A DNA stretch of 64,000 bases, taken from positions 2,209,732 to 2,273,731 of the forward strand of contig OZ260081.1 of NCBI GenBank assembly GCA_965284405.1. The letters run 5' to 3'. Source of the stretch: Balneola sp. (GTDB lineage: Bacteria > Bacteroidota > Rhodothermia > Balneolales > Balneolaceae). The notes under the pieces were generated by a model. That model ran no database searches and had not been told where the DNA came from. It saw only the letters and a program-made list of their open reading frames with translations. This document shows positions 42,021 to 50,880 of the stretch, one piece after another (position 1 is the first letter of the stretch; each line of letters starts with the position of its first letter). The position numbers were made by a program, and so were the translations under genes.

Positions 42021-42743
42021 TTGATGTCTGAAAAAGTAGGTCTTATTTTAGCTGCCGGATATGGTTCCAGACTTGAAGGGGTAAGTGCAGTAACTGAGTT
42101 TAAACCACTAACTCCGGTAGCCGGAAAGCCTCTTATATTTAGAACGATTTCCAGTTTAGAGGTCGCAGGTTGTTCAAAGATTGTAATTGTTCTGGGACAT
42201 GGACACAAAGAAATCGAAAAGGCAATTTCAGAATCCTACAAAGGTAATACGCCATTGATATTCGTTTTCAATGAGCGTTTTAACTTGAGCAATGGAGTAT
42301 CTGTATTGTCAGCTTCTGATCATCTGGGTGATTTATTCATTATGACTATGGCCGATCATGTGCTTGGCGATAAATTGATGGAAATTGCAAAGGATTATAA
42401 GCCGAAAGAAGGTGCAGCTGCTCTTCTGGTCGATTATAAGATCGATTCCATTTTTGATATGGACGATGCAACAAAAGTTCTTTCAGAAAACGATAAAATT
42501 ATATCTATCGGAAAAGAGATCGAGAACTTTAACTGTATTGATACAGGTGTATTTGTGTGTACAAGAGGAATTCTGGATTCTCTGAATCGTCATTTTGAGT
42601 CAAACGGTGATACTTCGATTTCAGAAGGAGTACAGGACCTGGCCGAAGAAGGAAACATGTTTACAGTAGATGTAGAAGAAGGATTTTGGCAGGACGTTGA
42701 TACGCCTGAAATGTTAGAGTACGTGGAAAAAATTCTTTCTTAA
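42021..42743 (+). CDS. CTP:inositol-1-phosphate cytidylyltransferase (IPCT)-like nucleotidyltransferase
   Basis: LAAGYGSRL..KPL. SNGVSVL, FIMTMADHV, DDATKV, IGKEIENFNCIDTGVFV and WQDVDT parallel the Archaeoglobus IPCT motifs as recalled. Directly follows ino1. Confidence 0.8.
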   Translation: MMSEKVGLILAAGYGSRLEGVSAVTEFKPLTPVAGKPLIFRTISSLEVAGCSKIVIVLGHGHKEIEKAISESYKGNTPLIFVFNERFNLSNGVSVLSASDHLGDLFIMTMADHVLGDKLMEIAKDYKPKEGAAALLVDYKIDSIFDMDDATKVLSENDKIISIGKEIENFNCIDTGVFVCTRGILDSLNRHFESNGDTSISEGVQDLAEEGNMFTVDVEEGFWQDVDTPEMLEYVEKILS

Positions 42744-42773
42744 GTTGAATTAAGATTCGCTTAGCTTATCTAT

Positions 42774-43820
42774 TTATCTATCAACGGCTAGGAAATTGAA
42801 GAAGGCAGGCTCATTATTTACCAATGCTGTTCCATTCATCTCTATAACCTCTCCTCCGACATATCTTTTTGCAAATATTCTTTTTAATCCGCCGAGTTCA
42901 TCCAGAATAGAATAGGAGCTGAAGTGTTCTTCTATTTTGATATCAAGAGCTTCAGTTTGGTATGTTTTCACGGTAAACTGAGTATCCAGATAAACTCCAT
43001 GAGTTTTTTTAGTTTGATCAGGAGTAATTTTTGAAGGCGTAAGCATTTGTTCAACTCCATTGGTGTATTTAATACCGTATCCGATTGGAAAAAGCAGGCC
43101 ATTTTTTTCCACAGTTACAAAATGCATGAACATACCATTGTAAGAGTCGCCTGTTTTTAAGCGGTAACTTTTTTCCATAAAATCAGTTGCAAGGCTATTC
43201 TGAAAAGTATGGTCCATTACAGCCGTTCCTTTAGCTTCTACTCTTTCACCATTTATAGAGATATAACCTTTAACCTTTGCATGAGGAATGAGAAGTGACA
43301 AGCCAAATTGAGTGTCTTTGTACTTGTAAATACCATTACCCCAAATTTTTCCTTTAGCGATATCATAAAGAACAAGATTTAAATCATAAGCTACCCCATC
43401 TTTGGTTGTTTTGAAATTTAAAACATGTTCGTTTTCAAAACTGCCTTTTGCCCAATAGTTTCGTTCAGGGTGTAATATTATGGAGTTGCTATCTGCTTCA
43501 TTGATAAACTTGTCCATGGGATATTCTTTATTTGCAACATAGTTTTTCCCATTGGTCCAATGTACGCTAAGTTTACCTCCTGTGACTCTGTCTTTAAGTG
43601 AGCCAAAATCATTAATTGAAAATATGTACACAATCTGAACACCATTATCGAGGTTTATTTGATAGGTGTATAACTCACTGTAATACTTAGAAGGGATATT
43701 TTTGGCTAAAAAATCAGTTGGCTCAATATTACGAAAAGCACCTTCGGGTCTCTCAATTCTCTGGCCGTAGGTAGATAAAGTGACTAATGAAATGATGAAT
43801 AATAAAATAGAATTCTTCAA
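42774..43820 (-). CDS. Secreted hypothetical protein, possible AttH/CrtC/Svf1-like lipocalin fold
   Basis: Signal peptide, beta-rich. YSELYTY and GTAVMDHTF resemble the EWWY and G.xDH.W motifs of AttH-like proteins. Confidence 0.5.
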   Translation of the reverse strand: MKNSILLFIISLVTLSTYGQRIERPEGAFRNIEPTDFLAKNIPSKYYSELYTYQINLDNGVQIVYIFSINDFGSLKDRVTGGKLSVHWTNGKNYVANKEYPMDKFINEADSNSIILHPERNYWAKGSFENEHVLNFKTTKDGVAYDLNLVLYDIAKGKIWGNGIYKYKDTQFGLSLLIPHAKVKGYISINGERVEAKGTAVMDHTFQNSLATDFMEKSYRLKTGDSYNGMFMHFVTVEKNGLLFPIGYGIKYTNGVEQMLTPSKITPDQTKKTHGVYLDTQFTVKTYQTEALDIKIEEHFSSYSILDELGGLKRIFAKRYVGGEVIEMNGTALVNNEPAFFNFLAVDR

Positions 43821-44034
43821 GGTCAGAACTGTGTTAGTTAGTTTAGTGGAACTGTAGATGATGATTGCTTTACTCGTAATGCTTTAATCACTTTTTCGTA
43901 AATAAAGTTTCGGGATAAAAGCTTTTATAATATAACTTAGCAATTTAAGTGATAGTATGAATAAACATATTTTTTCTAAAGTTAATTCTTATACTTAAAT
44001 GTGATTGTCAACGATTTGTAATTAAGAAAGATCT

Positions 44035-45606
44035 ATGCATCGATACATAGTAAGGACTGCAGTAGTTTTATTTCTTTTTAGTTTTTTGTGTTCTGAATTA
44101 ATAGCACAAACATCCAGAATATTAGAACTCGAAAATGAAAAAGCTTATCAATTAATTGAGAGATTTGTCAAAAAGGGTAGATTTAATTCTATAAACCCGA
44201 CTAAGCTACCCTACACACATTTTGATATATATAAAGAGCTTCAAAAGCTGGATTACGATCGTTTGTCTAACATTGAAAAAGAATGGTACGATCAGCTTAA
44301 AGAAGAAATTCGCTACTCGGAAAAGCTCGAAGCCAAAGATTATGTTATTGAGCCTTATGTGATTTCAGGAAGTGTATTCAATAATTCCGAGATCAAAAAT
44401 AGCTACCGACCCACATCAGATTCCAAATATGTTTGGCCATTCACGGATCTGGGACTTTTCGCAGATTATAAAAACTTTACGATCAATACGAATATAAGAT
44501 TTGATCTGTATTATGAATTTGGCCCTTTTGAATTAGATCCGACAAACAGATTATATATGCGAAATGAAGATTCGTATGTAGGATATAGCTCAGAATATTT
44601 TCAGGGATACTTAGGCAGGTTTGAGAATAACTGGGGTATTTATGATCAGAAATCAACTTTTATGTCTGATAATGCTCCAACATTTGACCAGTTCAACTAT
44701 ACTATTGGCACCAGAAAATTTTCATTTACAACACTTCACGCTTTTTTAGATAACATTAGCGGGAATGATGAATTTGAAGGTAATACCATTAATGATCCAA
44801 TGTCTAAGAGGAGGTATTTAAGTGTAAAAAGAATAGACTGGAGAGTTTCAGATCATTTAGCATTAAGCATGAAAGAAGGGATCTTATATTCAGGTATGAA
44901 TGTAAATCCTGAGCCTAAATATATGATTCCAGGATTTTTATATTTTTTGCTGGAAGCGTCTAATCCCAGAGATCAGGTTGAAAACCTCTTTATAGGCGGG
45001 AATCTGTGGTTTAATAAGAGTGGGTTTTCCGTAAATCTTGATATGATGATTGACGATCTAATTGGCAACAGAAAGGAACGTGGGATCAGCGAAAAGAATA
45101 ACTTTAGTTTAATTGTGAATTCCAGTTATTCATTTCGGAACAGACCTATAGCTGTAAATTGGGATCTGGAATTCATTACTTATCAAACATATAATACAGA
45201 TCAGGCAGAGGGTAGATACCTTTATTTAGGCAAAGGAATTGCTACAGAATTCAATGATTATGTTTTCAATGAATTAAGTCTGGAATATTATGCTGATTTA
45301 AAGGTTAAAGGATTAACGATTCAACCTTATGTTGGTATATTGAAGCAAGGCGAACAAATTATCAATCAAACATTTCAAAGCAGTTATCCTAATGGCGATG
45401 AATTCGAGATCGTTTTAACTGGAACTGTAGAGTCAACTACAAGATTTGCTTTCAAAACTTATTACAGTCCTGTTAATTATTTTTATGCCAAATTAGATAT
45501 GGGATATAATATGGTTAATAACTTCAGAAATATAGAAGGGATGAAATCGAACAGGTTTGTAGGAATGTTCGAATTTGGCTTCAAGTTCAATTTTAAAAAC
45601 CTATGA
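44035..45606 (+). CDS. Capsule assembly Wzi-family outer membrane beta-barrel
   Basis: Signal peptide, N-terminal helical bundle (I.PTKLPYTH), GRFENNWG, NAPTFDQ and KRIDWR...KEGILYSG patterns; aromatic C-terminus. Confidence 0.65.
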   Translation: MHRYIVRTAVVLFLFSFLCSELIAQTSRILELENEKAYQLIERFVKKGRFNSINPTKLPYTHFDIYKELQKLDYDRLSNIEKEWYDQLKEEIRYSEKLEAKDYVIEPYVISGSVFNNSEIKNSYRPTSDSKYVWPFTDLGLFADYKNFTINTNIRFDLYYEFGPFELDPTNRLYMRNEDSYVGYSSEYFQGYLGRFENNWGIYDQKSTFMSDNAPTFDQFNYTIGTRKFSFTTLHAFLDNISGNDEFEGNTINDPMSKRRYLSVKRIDWRVSDHLALSMKEGILYSGMNVNPEPKYMIPGFLYFLLEASNPRDQVENLFIGGNLWFNKSGFSVNLDMMIDDLIGNRKERGISEKNNFSLIVNSSYSFRNRPIAVNWDLEFITYQTYNTDQAEGRYLYLGKGIATEFNDYVFNELSLEYYADLKVKGLTIQPYVGILKQGEQIINQTFQSSYPNGDEFEIVLTGTVESTTRFAFKTYYSPVNYFYAKLDMGYNMVNNFRNIEGMKSNRFVGMFEFGFKFNFKNL

Positions 45607-45704
45607 TATCATCTTGCTCTATGAACTTGTAATACAATTTCGATTCAATATTGAGCGATCTTTTCGGTAAATTCAATGCTTAAAGAAATTCCGGCTTTTA
45701 CTAA

Positions 45705-48212
45705 ATGAAAAAAATTCTAAGGCTGTTTCAGCCATTGTTAAAATTAAATATTAAACATCCATTTTTAGTTCTGGGTGTTTGCCTGTTATTAGCTGTAGTT
45801 GGCGGATATTACTCTATTCAGCTAAAGATAGACACAGACATTGCAAATCTGTTACCTAAGAACCACCCTAATGTATTGGCTCTTGAGAAGTTAAAGAATA
45901 CGGTTGGTGGTGAAACAGAAATGCAGGTGGCGATCAAATCACCTAGTTTTGAAGCAAATAAGAAGTTCGCTGAAGATCTGATCCCAAAAACTCTGGAACT
46001 ATTTTACCCGCGGTATAACGACAAATATTTCAAAAGAGCCGAGTTTCGAAAAGATACCGATATCATTAAGGATAATGCGCTTTATCTGGCCAGTGATGAA
46101 GAGTTGGAAGAGATCACAGATTGGCTTCAGGAAGAAATTGATAATGCCCGCGAAGAAGCAAATCCATTTTTCATCGATTTTGAAGAAGACGAGGAGGAAA
46201 CTTCTGACAACGAGGAGAACAAAGCAGATAGCTTTAAAGAAAGTTACGATGTGCTGGTTCCTTCTGAGTATCCGATAAATGAAGACAGTACTATAATGGT
46301 ATTGAAGTTCTTTCCAACCGGCTCTAAAAGTGATATCCGGTATCTAGAAGACATGTTCGTAAAGTATGATTCACTTCTTACCGCAATGAACCCGGGTTCT
46401 TATCATCCTGATATGGAAGTTCAGTTTGGAGGTCGGTTAAAAAGGCATCTTGAGGAACTTACATCAATCATGAGCGATGTTCTGGGAAGCTTTGCGACAG
46501 GTATTTCAAGTGTAGTGCTCCTTGTTATGATGTACTTCTTTATAAAGAAATATATTCACTATCGAAGAGGGAGAGATGAAGACCTGAATCACAGCATTTG
46601 GAGCCATGTAATCAGAATGCCGGTTCCGGTGTTGATCATTGGCTTACCTCTTATCATGAGTTTGGTATGGACTTTTGGGATAACTTATTTCTATCTGGGG
46701 ATGCTGAATACAATGACCTCGGTTTTGTTTGTTATCCTTTTTGGCTTGGGTATCGATTACGGTATTCATTATTACGCCAGATATATTGAACTTCGTTCAT
46801 CCGGACTTTCTGTTGAAGAAGCTATTCTTACAACCAATGATAAAACCGGAGAGGCAATTTTTGTAAGCGCATTTACAACGGCTTCTGCACTGTATGTATT
46901 GATGTTTGCGGATTTCAGAGGGTTCTCGGAATTCGGATTTATTTCAGGGACAGGAATTATGCTTGCACTTTTTGCAATGCTTTATGTGCTTCCTTCCTTG
47001 TTGGTAATCTTTGAGAAATTTAACTGGGTTTTATTTTCTAAAAAGGAGTCTACTTCCAATTCAATGGAAAATAAAAAATACCCATATGCAAGAACTACGG
47101 TTGTAGCAGGTTTAGTTCTTTCAGCAGTTGTAATAGGATTTAGCGGAACTCTCAGTTTCCAATACGATTTCGGAAAGCTGGAACCAACCTATCCTTCTTA
47201 TGAAAAATTCAGAGAAGTAGCCGGTCAGGTTGGAAGTTCAGATAAAAGAAATCCGGCTTACATCATTGCGGATTCTGACAGTGAAGTAGAAAATTTGGTT
47301 GAAGTGTTAAACCAAAAAATGCAAGCGGACACAAGTTCTCCAACCATATTAAGTATCGAAGCACTTCAGGATCGTTTTCCTGCCACAGAAGAAGAGGAAG
47401 AAGGAAAACTACAGAAAATTGCCCGAGTCAGGGAATTATTAGACAATACATTCATCAGAAATAAGGAAGATGAAGATCTGGATAAACTACGCAGAGCAGC
47501 TCAGACCAGAGAGCCGTTAACGATCGATCAGATTCCTCCGTACCTCAAGTCAAAATTTATAACCAAAGACGGAGAAGTAGGAAGATTCGTGATCATTTAT
47601 CCGTCGGTTGGACTTTCTGACGGAAAGAAATCCATAGCTTTTAAGGACGACATCGGATCAGTAACTCTGGACAATGGGAAAACTTATTATGCAGCCAGTA
47701 CATCTATAGTTGCAGCTTCCATGCTCGATCTAATGCGAACTGAAAGTCCGTATATGGTTGGAGCGACATTCATTATTATTTACCTGTTCATGATCTTTAC
47801 TTTCCGTTCGTTCAGATGGTCTGTTATCTCCATGTTACCTCTTGTAGTAGGTTTACTTTGGCTATTCGGAATTATGATGATATTCGATCTTCAATTTAAT
47901 TTTTATAATCTGGTGGTTCTCCCCGCCATTTTGGGAATTGGTGAAGACAGCGGAGTTCATCTGGCTCACAGATATCGGGATGAAGGTAAAAATTCCATGT
48001 GGGCAGTCCTTTCCAGTACAGGTCAACATATTTCGATGGGATCTATAACAACTATGCTTGGTTTTGCGGGACTTTTATTTACGAGTCATCCGGGATTGCA
48101 ATCATTGGGCGTAATGGCAGTGATCGGAATTGGAATGACATTATTGACTTCTTTAACTTTCTTGCCGGCTCTCATTCAATGGTTGGAAGATAAAGACTGG
48201 ATCAGATACTGA
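45705..48212 (+). CDS. MMPL/HpnN-type RND family lipid transporter
   Basis: Two RND halves (1+5 TM each) with GLGIDYGIH and GIGEDSGVH proton-relay motifs. Confidence 0.92.
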   Translation: MKKILRLFQPLLKLNIKHPFLVLGVCLLLAVVGGYYSIQLKIDTDIANLLPKNHPNVLALEKLKNTVGGETEMQVAIKSPSFEANKKFAEDLIPKTLELFYPRYNDKYFKRAEFRKDTDIIKDNALYLASDEELEEITDWLQEEIDNAREEANPFFIDFEEDEEETSDNEENKADSFKESYDVLVPSEYPINEDSTIMVLKFFPTGSKSDIRYLEDMFVKYDSLLTAMNPGSYHPDMEVQFGGRLKRHLEELTSIMSDVLGSFATGISSVVLLVMMYFFIKKYIHYRRGRDEDLNHSIWSHVIRMPVPVLIIGLPLIMSLVWTFGITYFYLGMLNTMTSVLFVILFGLGIDYGIHYYARYIELRSSGLSVEEAILTTNDKTGEAIFVSAFTTASALYVLMFADFRGFSEFGFISGTGIMLALFAMLYVLPSLLVIFEKFNWVLFSKKESTSNSMENKKYPYARTTVVAGLVLSAVVIGFSGTLSFQYDFGKLEPTYPSYEKFREVAGQVGSSDKRNPAYIIADSDSEVENLVEVLNQKMQADTSSPTILSIEALQDRFPATEEEEEGKLQKIARVRELLDNTFIRNKEDEDLDKLRRAAQTREPLTIDQIPPYLKSKFITKDGEVGRFVIIYPSVGLSDGKKSIAFKDDIGSVTLDNGKTYYAASTSIVAASMLDLMRTESPYMVGATFIIIYLFMIFTFRSFRWSVISMLPLVVGLLWLFGIMMIFDLQFNFYNLVVLPAILGIGEDSGVHLAHRYRDEGKNSMWAVLSSTGQHISMGSITTMLGFAGLLFTSHPGLQSLGVMAVIGIGMTLLTSLTFLPALIQWLEDKDWIRY

Positions 48213-48230
48213 TTTTGAGAATACTTTGAT

Positions 48231-48572
48231 ATGAAGATCGTCAAAATTAATACTGATGATATTCTTGATTGGAACTCATTTCATGAAGTCTTCTCGAGTA
48301 AGTTTGGATTCCCAAGTTTTTACGGTAGAAATATGGATGCGTGGATAGACTGTATGGAATCATTGGATTCTCCTGAAGATGGAATGACAACAATTCATGT
48401 TAAGCCCGGAGAAACTTTGATACTGGAATTGAATAATGTTACATCATTTGCCAAAAGAAATAAAGAGATTTATGAAGCTATTGTCGAGTGTTCTGCCTTT
48501 GTTAATCACAGAAGAATCGAAGTTGGAGAGCCTCCGGTTCTTACTTTATCTTTTCATAAAAAAAATGTCTAA
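48231..48572 (+). CDS. Barstar family protein
   Basis: I.DWNSFH..F...FGFPSFYGRNMDAWIDCM motif. Confidence 0.85.
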   Translation: MKIVKINTDDILDWNSFHEVFSSKFGFPSFYGRNMDAWIDCMESLDSPEDGMTTIHVKPGETLILELNNVTSFAKRNKEIYEAIVECSAFVNHRRIEVGEPPVLTLSFHKKNV

Positions 48573-48607
48573 AAATCTACTTTGAGTTTTAAATTAGTTT
48601 CAGCAAA

Positions 48608-49372
48608 ATGATCGATACTCATTCACATATCTATTTGAAAGACTTTGATGAGGATAGAGAGGCAGTTTATAAAAGAGCGGTTGAAGCTGGAATTAAAACT
48701 ATTCTGATGCCTGCCATAGATTTCGATTCTTTGAAACAAATGGATTCGCTGAGTTTTGACGGAATCGAATTTCATAAAATGGCCGGACTTCATCCCTGTG
48801 ATGTTGAAGAGCTGGAGGATGGTTTCGAAAAGAAGTTATTAGAGCTTTGCTCCGATGAAGATATAATCGGCGTAGGCGAAACAGGTCTGGATTACTATTG
48901 GAGTAAGGATCATATCACAGAGCAGAAGTTAAGCCTGCATGCTCATTGCAGAGTTGCCAAGAAAGTTAATAAGCCGATCATACTTCACAACCGGGAAAGC
49001 ACAGAAGACCTTTTGCATATCATTGAACAGGAGCAGGATGGTTCTCTAAAAGGAATCTGGCATTGTTTTAACGGAACGGTAGAAGAAGGTAAGCGCGCAA
49101 TCGATATGGGATTTCATCTGGGAATAGGAGGTGTGGTTACCTTTAAAAATGGAGGCGTAGATAAAACAGTAGCAGAACTTCCTTTAGAGAAAATGGTTCT
49201 TGAAACTGATGCTCCCTATTTATCGCCGACTCCGAAAAGGGGAAAACGAAATGAACCTGCTTTTATGAAATACACAGCTGAGAAATTAGCTGATATTTTT
49301 GAGCTCAGCGTTAAAGAAGTTGTTGCTCAGACTTCCCAAACTGCTAAAGCATTATTCAAGCTGGATCAATGA
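48608..49372 (+). CDS. tatD: TatD family hydrolase/DNase
   Basis: IDTHSH, GETGLDY, ILHNR, WHCF, ETDAPY. Confidence 0.95.
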   Translation: MIDTHSHIYLKDFDEDREAVYKRAVEAGIKTILMPAIDFDSLKQMDSLSFDGIEFHKMAGLHPCDVEELEDGFEKKLLELCSDEDIIGVGETGLDYYWSKDHITEQKLSLHAHCRVAKKVNKPIILHNRESTEDLLHIIEQEQDGSLKGIWHCFNGTVEEGKRAIDMGFHLGIGGVVTFKNGGVDKTVAELPLEKMVLETDAPYLSPTPKRGKRNEPAFMKYTAEKLADIFELSVKEVVAQTSQTAKALFKLDQ

Positions 49373-49707
49373 AACCATCCACTAAAGACTTTTATCAGCG
49401 GGTTTATGAGGTTGTAGCAAAAATACCGGAGGGCAGAGTTACTTCTTACGGTGTGATTGCAGGATATCTCGGAGTTGAGTCCGGAGCTAGAATGGTTGGA
49501 TATGCACTTAATAATTATGATCCTGAACAACTTGGCTATCACATTCCTGCACACAGAGTTTTAAACCGTCTCGGACAACTTACCGGCAGAGCTTTTTTTG
49601 AAGATGACTCAATGCGTGAGAGATTGGAACAAGAAGGGGTGGAATTCACTTCAGAATATACCGTTAACTTCAATAAACATTTTTGGAATCCGTTTGATGA
49701 GTTATAA
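49369..49707 (+). CDS. Alkyltransferase-like (ATL, MGMT-family) protein
   Basis: IPEGRVTSYG...ARMVGYAL. PAHRV replaces catalytic PCHRV. Confidence 0.9.
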   Translation: MKPSTKDFYQRVYEVVAKIPEGRVTSYGVIAGYLGVESGARMVGYALNNYDPEQLGYHIPAHRVLNRLGQLTGRAFFEDDSMRERLEQEGVEFTSEYTVNFNKHFWNPFDEL

Positions 49708-49741
49708 CTTGTTGTCATATGATCATGAAATCATTAGAAAA

Positions 49742-50350
49742 ATGAAATCGCTGAAATTTATATCGCTGTTTATACTTTTAGTTGTTGCCTCAATGGAGGT
49801 AAATGCACAAAGATCATTGAGTATTGGAGATGAAGCTCCAATGCTTGATCACAGTGTTGAAGATATAAACGGACGATCAATTACTCTTTCACAAACAGCA
49901 CAACAGAACGGAATATTAGTTGTGTTCTCATGCAATACCTGTCCGATGGTTTCAAGATGGGAAGACAGGATAAAGGCAGCTGCAAATACTGCACGACTCA
50001 ATAATATTGGAATGCTTGTACTCAATCCTAATGAAAGGATCAGAGAGCGTGGTGAATCATTGAGTGACATGAAACGCAGAGCAACCAAACAAACCTATAA
50101 TTTTTTGTATGCATCAGATAAAGACCATGTAATTGCGGATGCATTCGGCGCTACCAGAACTCCCGAGGTATTTTTATTTGATGGATCTTTGAAGTTGGTT
50201 TATAAAGGAAGCATAGATGATAATGCAAACAATGCTTCAGCTGTTAAAAATCAATATCTGGAAGATGCTATTCAGGCTTTAGCCTCAGGTACAGAAATTG
50301 AAGTTAAAAGAAGTGCTCCAAAAGGTTGTCCGATAAAGCGAAACGAGTAA
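49742..50350 (+). CDS. Thioredoxin-fold (AhpC/TSA/redoxin) secreted protein
   Basis: Signal peptide from ATG 49742, IGDEAP, FSCNTCP (CxxC), GATRTPEVF, YKGSIDD, GC.IK. Confidence 0.88.
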   Translation: MKSLKFISLFILLVVASMEVNAQRSLSIGDEAPMLDHSVEDINGRSITLSQTAQQNGILVVFSCNTCPMVSRWEDRIKAAANTARLNNIGMLVLNPNERIRERGESLSDMKRRATKQTYNFLYASDKDHVIADAFGATRTPEVFLFDGSLKLVYKGSIDDNANNASAVKNQYLEDAIQALASGTEIEVKRSAPKGCPIKRNE

Positions 50351-50367
50351 TTCTTATAAAAATCTCT

Positions 50368-50375
50368 TATTTTTG
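50368..50375 (+). promoter_or_regulatory. Possible -7 promoter element upstream of queD
   Basis: TATTTTTG matches TAnnTTTG, about 62 nt before the queD ATG. Confidence 0.3.
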
Positions 50376-50377
50376 AA

Positions 50378-50405
50378 GGGCTCATCTGATGATGAGCTTT
50401 TTTTA
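50378..50405 (+). terminator. Rho-independent terminator-like hairpin
   Basis: GGGCTCATC-TGAT-GATGAGCTT followed by a T run. Confidence 0.7.
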
Positions 50406-50437
50406 TGCTAATATTTTAAAACAGTTGCCGGAATTAC

Positions 50438-50827
50438 ATGCCAACGTGGACACTACATACCGAATTTAAATTTGATGCCGCACACTTCATTGAAGGATAT
50501 GACGGGAAATGCGGAAGAATGCACGGGCATTCCTATAAAGTTAAGATCTCTGCGAAATCCAATAAACTGAATCCATCGGCTTATTTGAACACAGATGATA
50601 TGGTCTGCGATTTTAAAGAACTTAAATGGGCAGCAAAAGATGCGGATAAAGGTGGGCTTGATCATGGTTTCCTTAACGATCTGATCGAAGCGAATACAAC
50701 AGCAGAACGTATTGCAGAGTTTATCCATACAGAAACCACGAAAAGAATTCCGGCAGGAATTGATCTTAAAGTGATCGTGTGGGAAACAGACACCTGCTGG
50801 GTAGAATACACGGATAAAGACGAGTAG
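50438..50827 (+). CDS. queD: 6-carboxy-5,6,7,8-tetrahydropterin synthase
   Basis: FDAAH, CGRMHGHSY, DHGFLND, TAERIA. Confidence 0.92.
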   Translation: MPTWTLHTEFKFDAAHFIEGYDGKCGRMHGHSYKVKISAKSNKLNPSAYLNTDDMVCDFKELKWAAKDADKGGLDHGFLNDLIEANTTAERIAEFIHTETTKRIPAGIDLKVIVWETDTCWVEYTDKDE

Positions 50828-50844
50828 CTCGCATTTTTCTTTCC

Positions 50845-50877
50845 CATCCATCTGACGGATAGCCCGTCTGATGGATG
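50845..50877. repeat. Palindrome family X (CATCTGACGG-N5-CCGTCTGATG), copy 1
   Basis: CATCCATCTGACGG-ATAGC-CCGTCTGATGGATG. Other copies at 51517-51541, 52261-52285 and 62926-62950. Confidence 0.85.
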
Positions 50878-50880
50878 ATA

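Noticed and set aside
40698-42743. Di-myo-inositol-phosphate compatible-solute pathway
   Set aside because: DIPP synthase (CDP-alcohol phosphotransferase) is neither fused to IPCT nor present in the window, and the context is glycan export. It cannot be excluded elsewhere in the genome.
43821-44034. JUMPstart/ops antitermination element for the polysaccharide genes
   Set aside because: No GGCGGTAG-like ops motif was seen in this or the other intergenic regions of the locus.
29097-48600. Glycan locus as a genomic island integrated at tRNA-Ser
   Set aside because: I found no second copy of the tRNA 3' end and no integrase, and a normal terminator follows the tRNA. A computed search for GGTTCGAATCCCTCACTCTCC elsewhere would settle it.
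48190-48607. 3'-end duplication around the barstar gene like those at folD and SDR
   Set aside because: Only a short TACTTTGA match on both sides; no copy of the mmpL 3' end.
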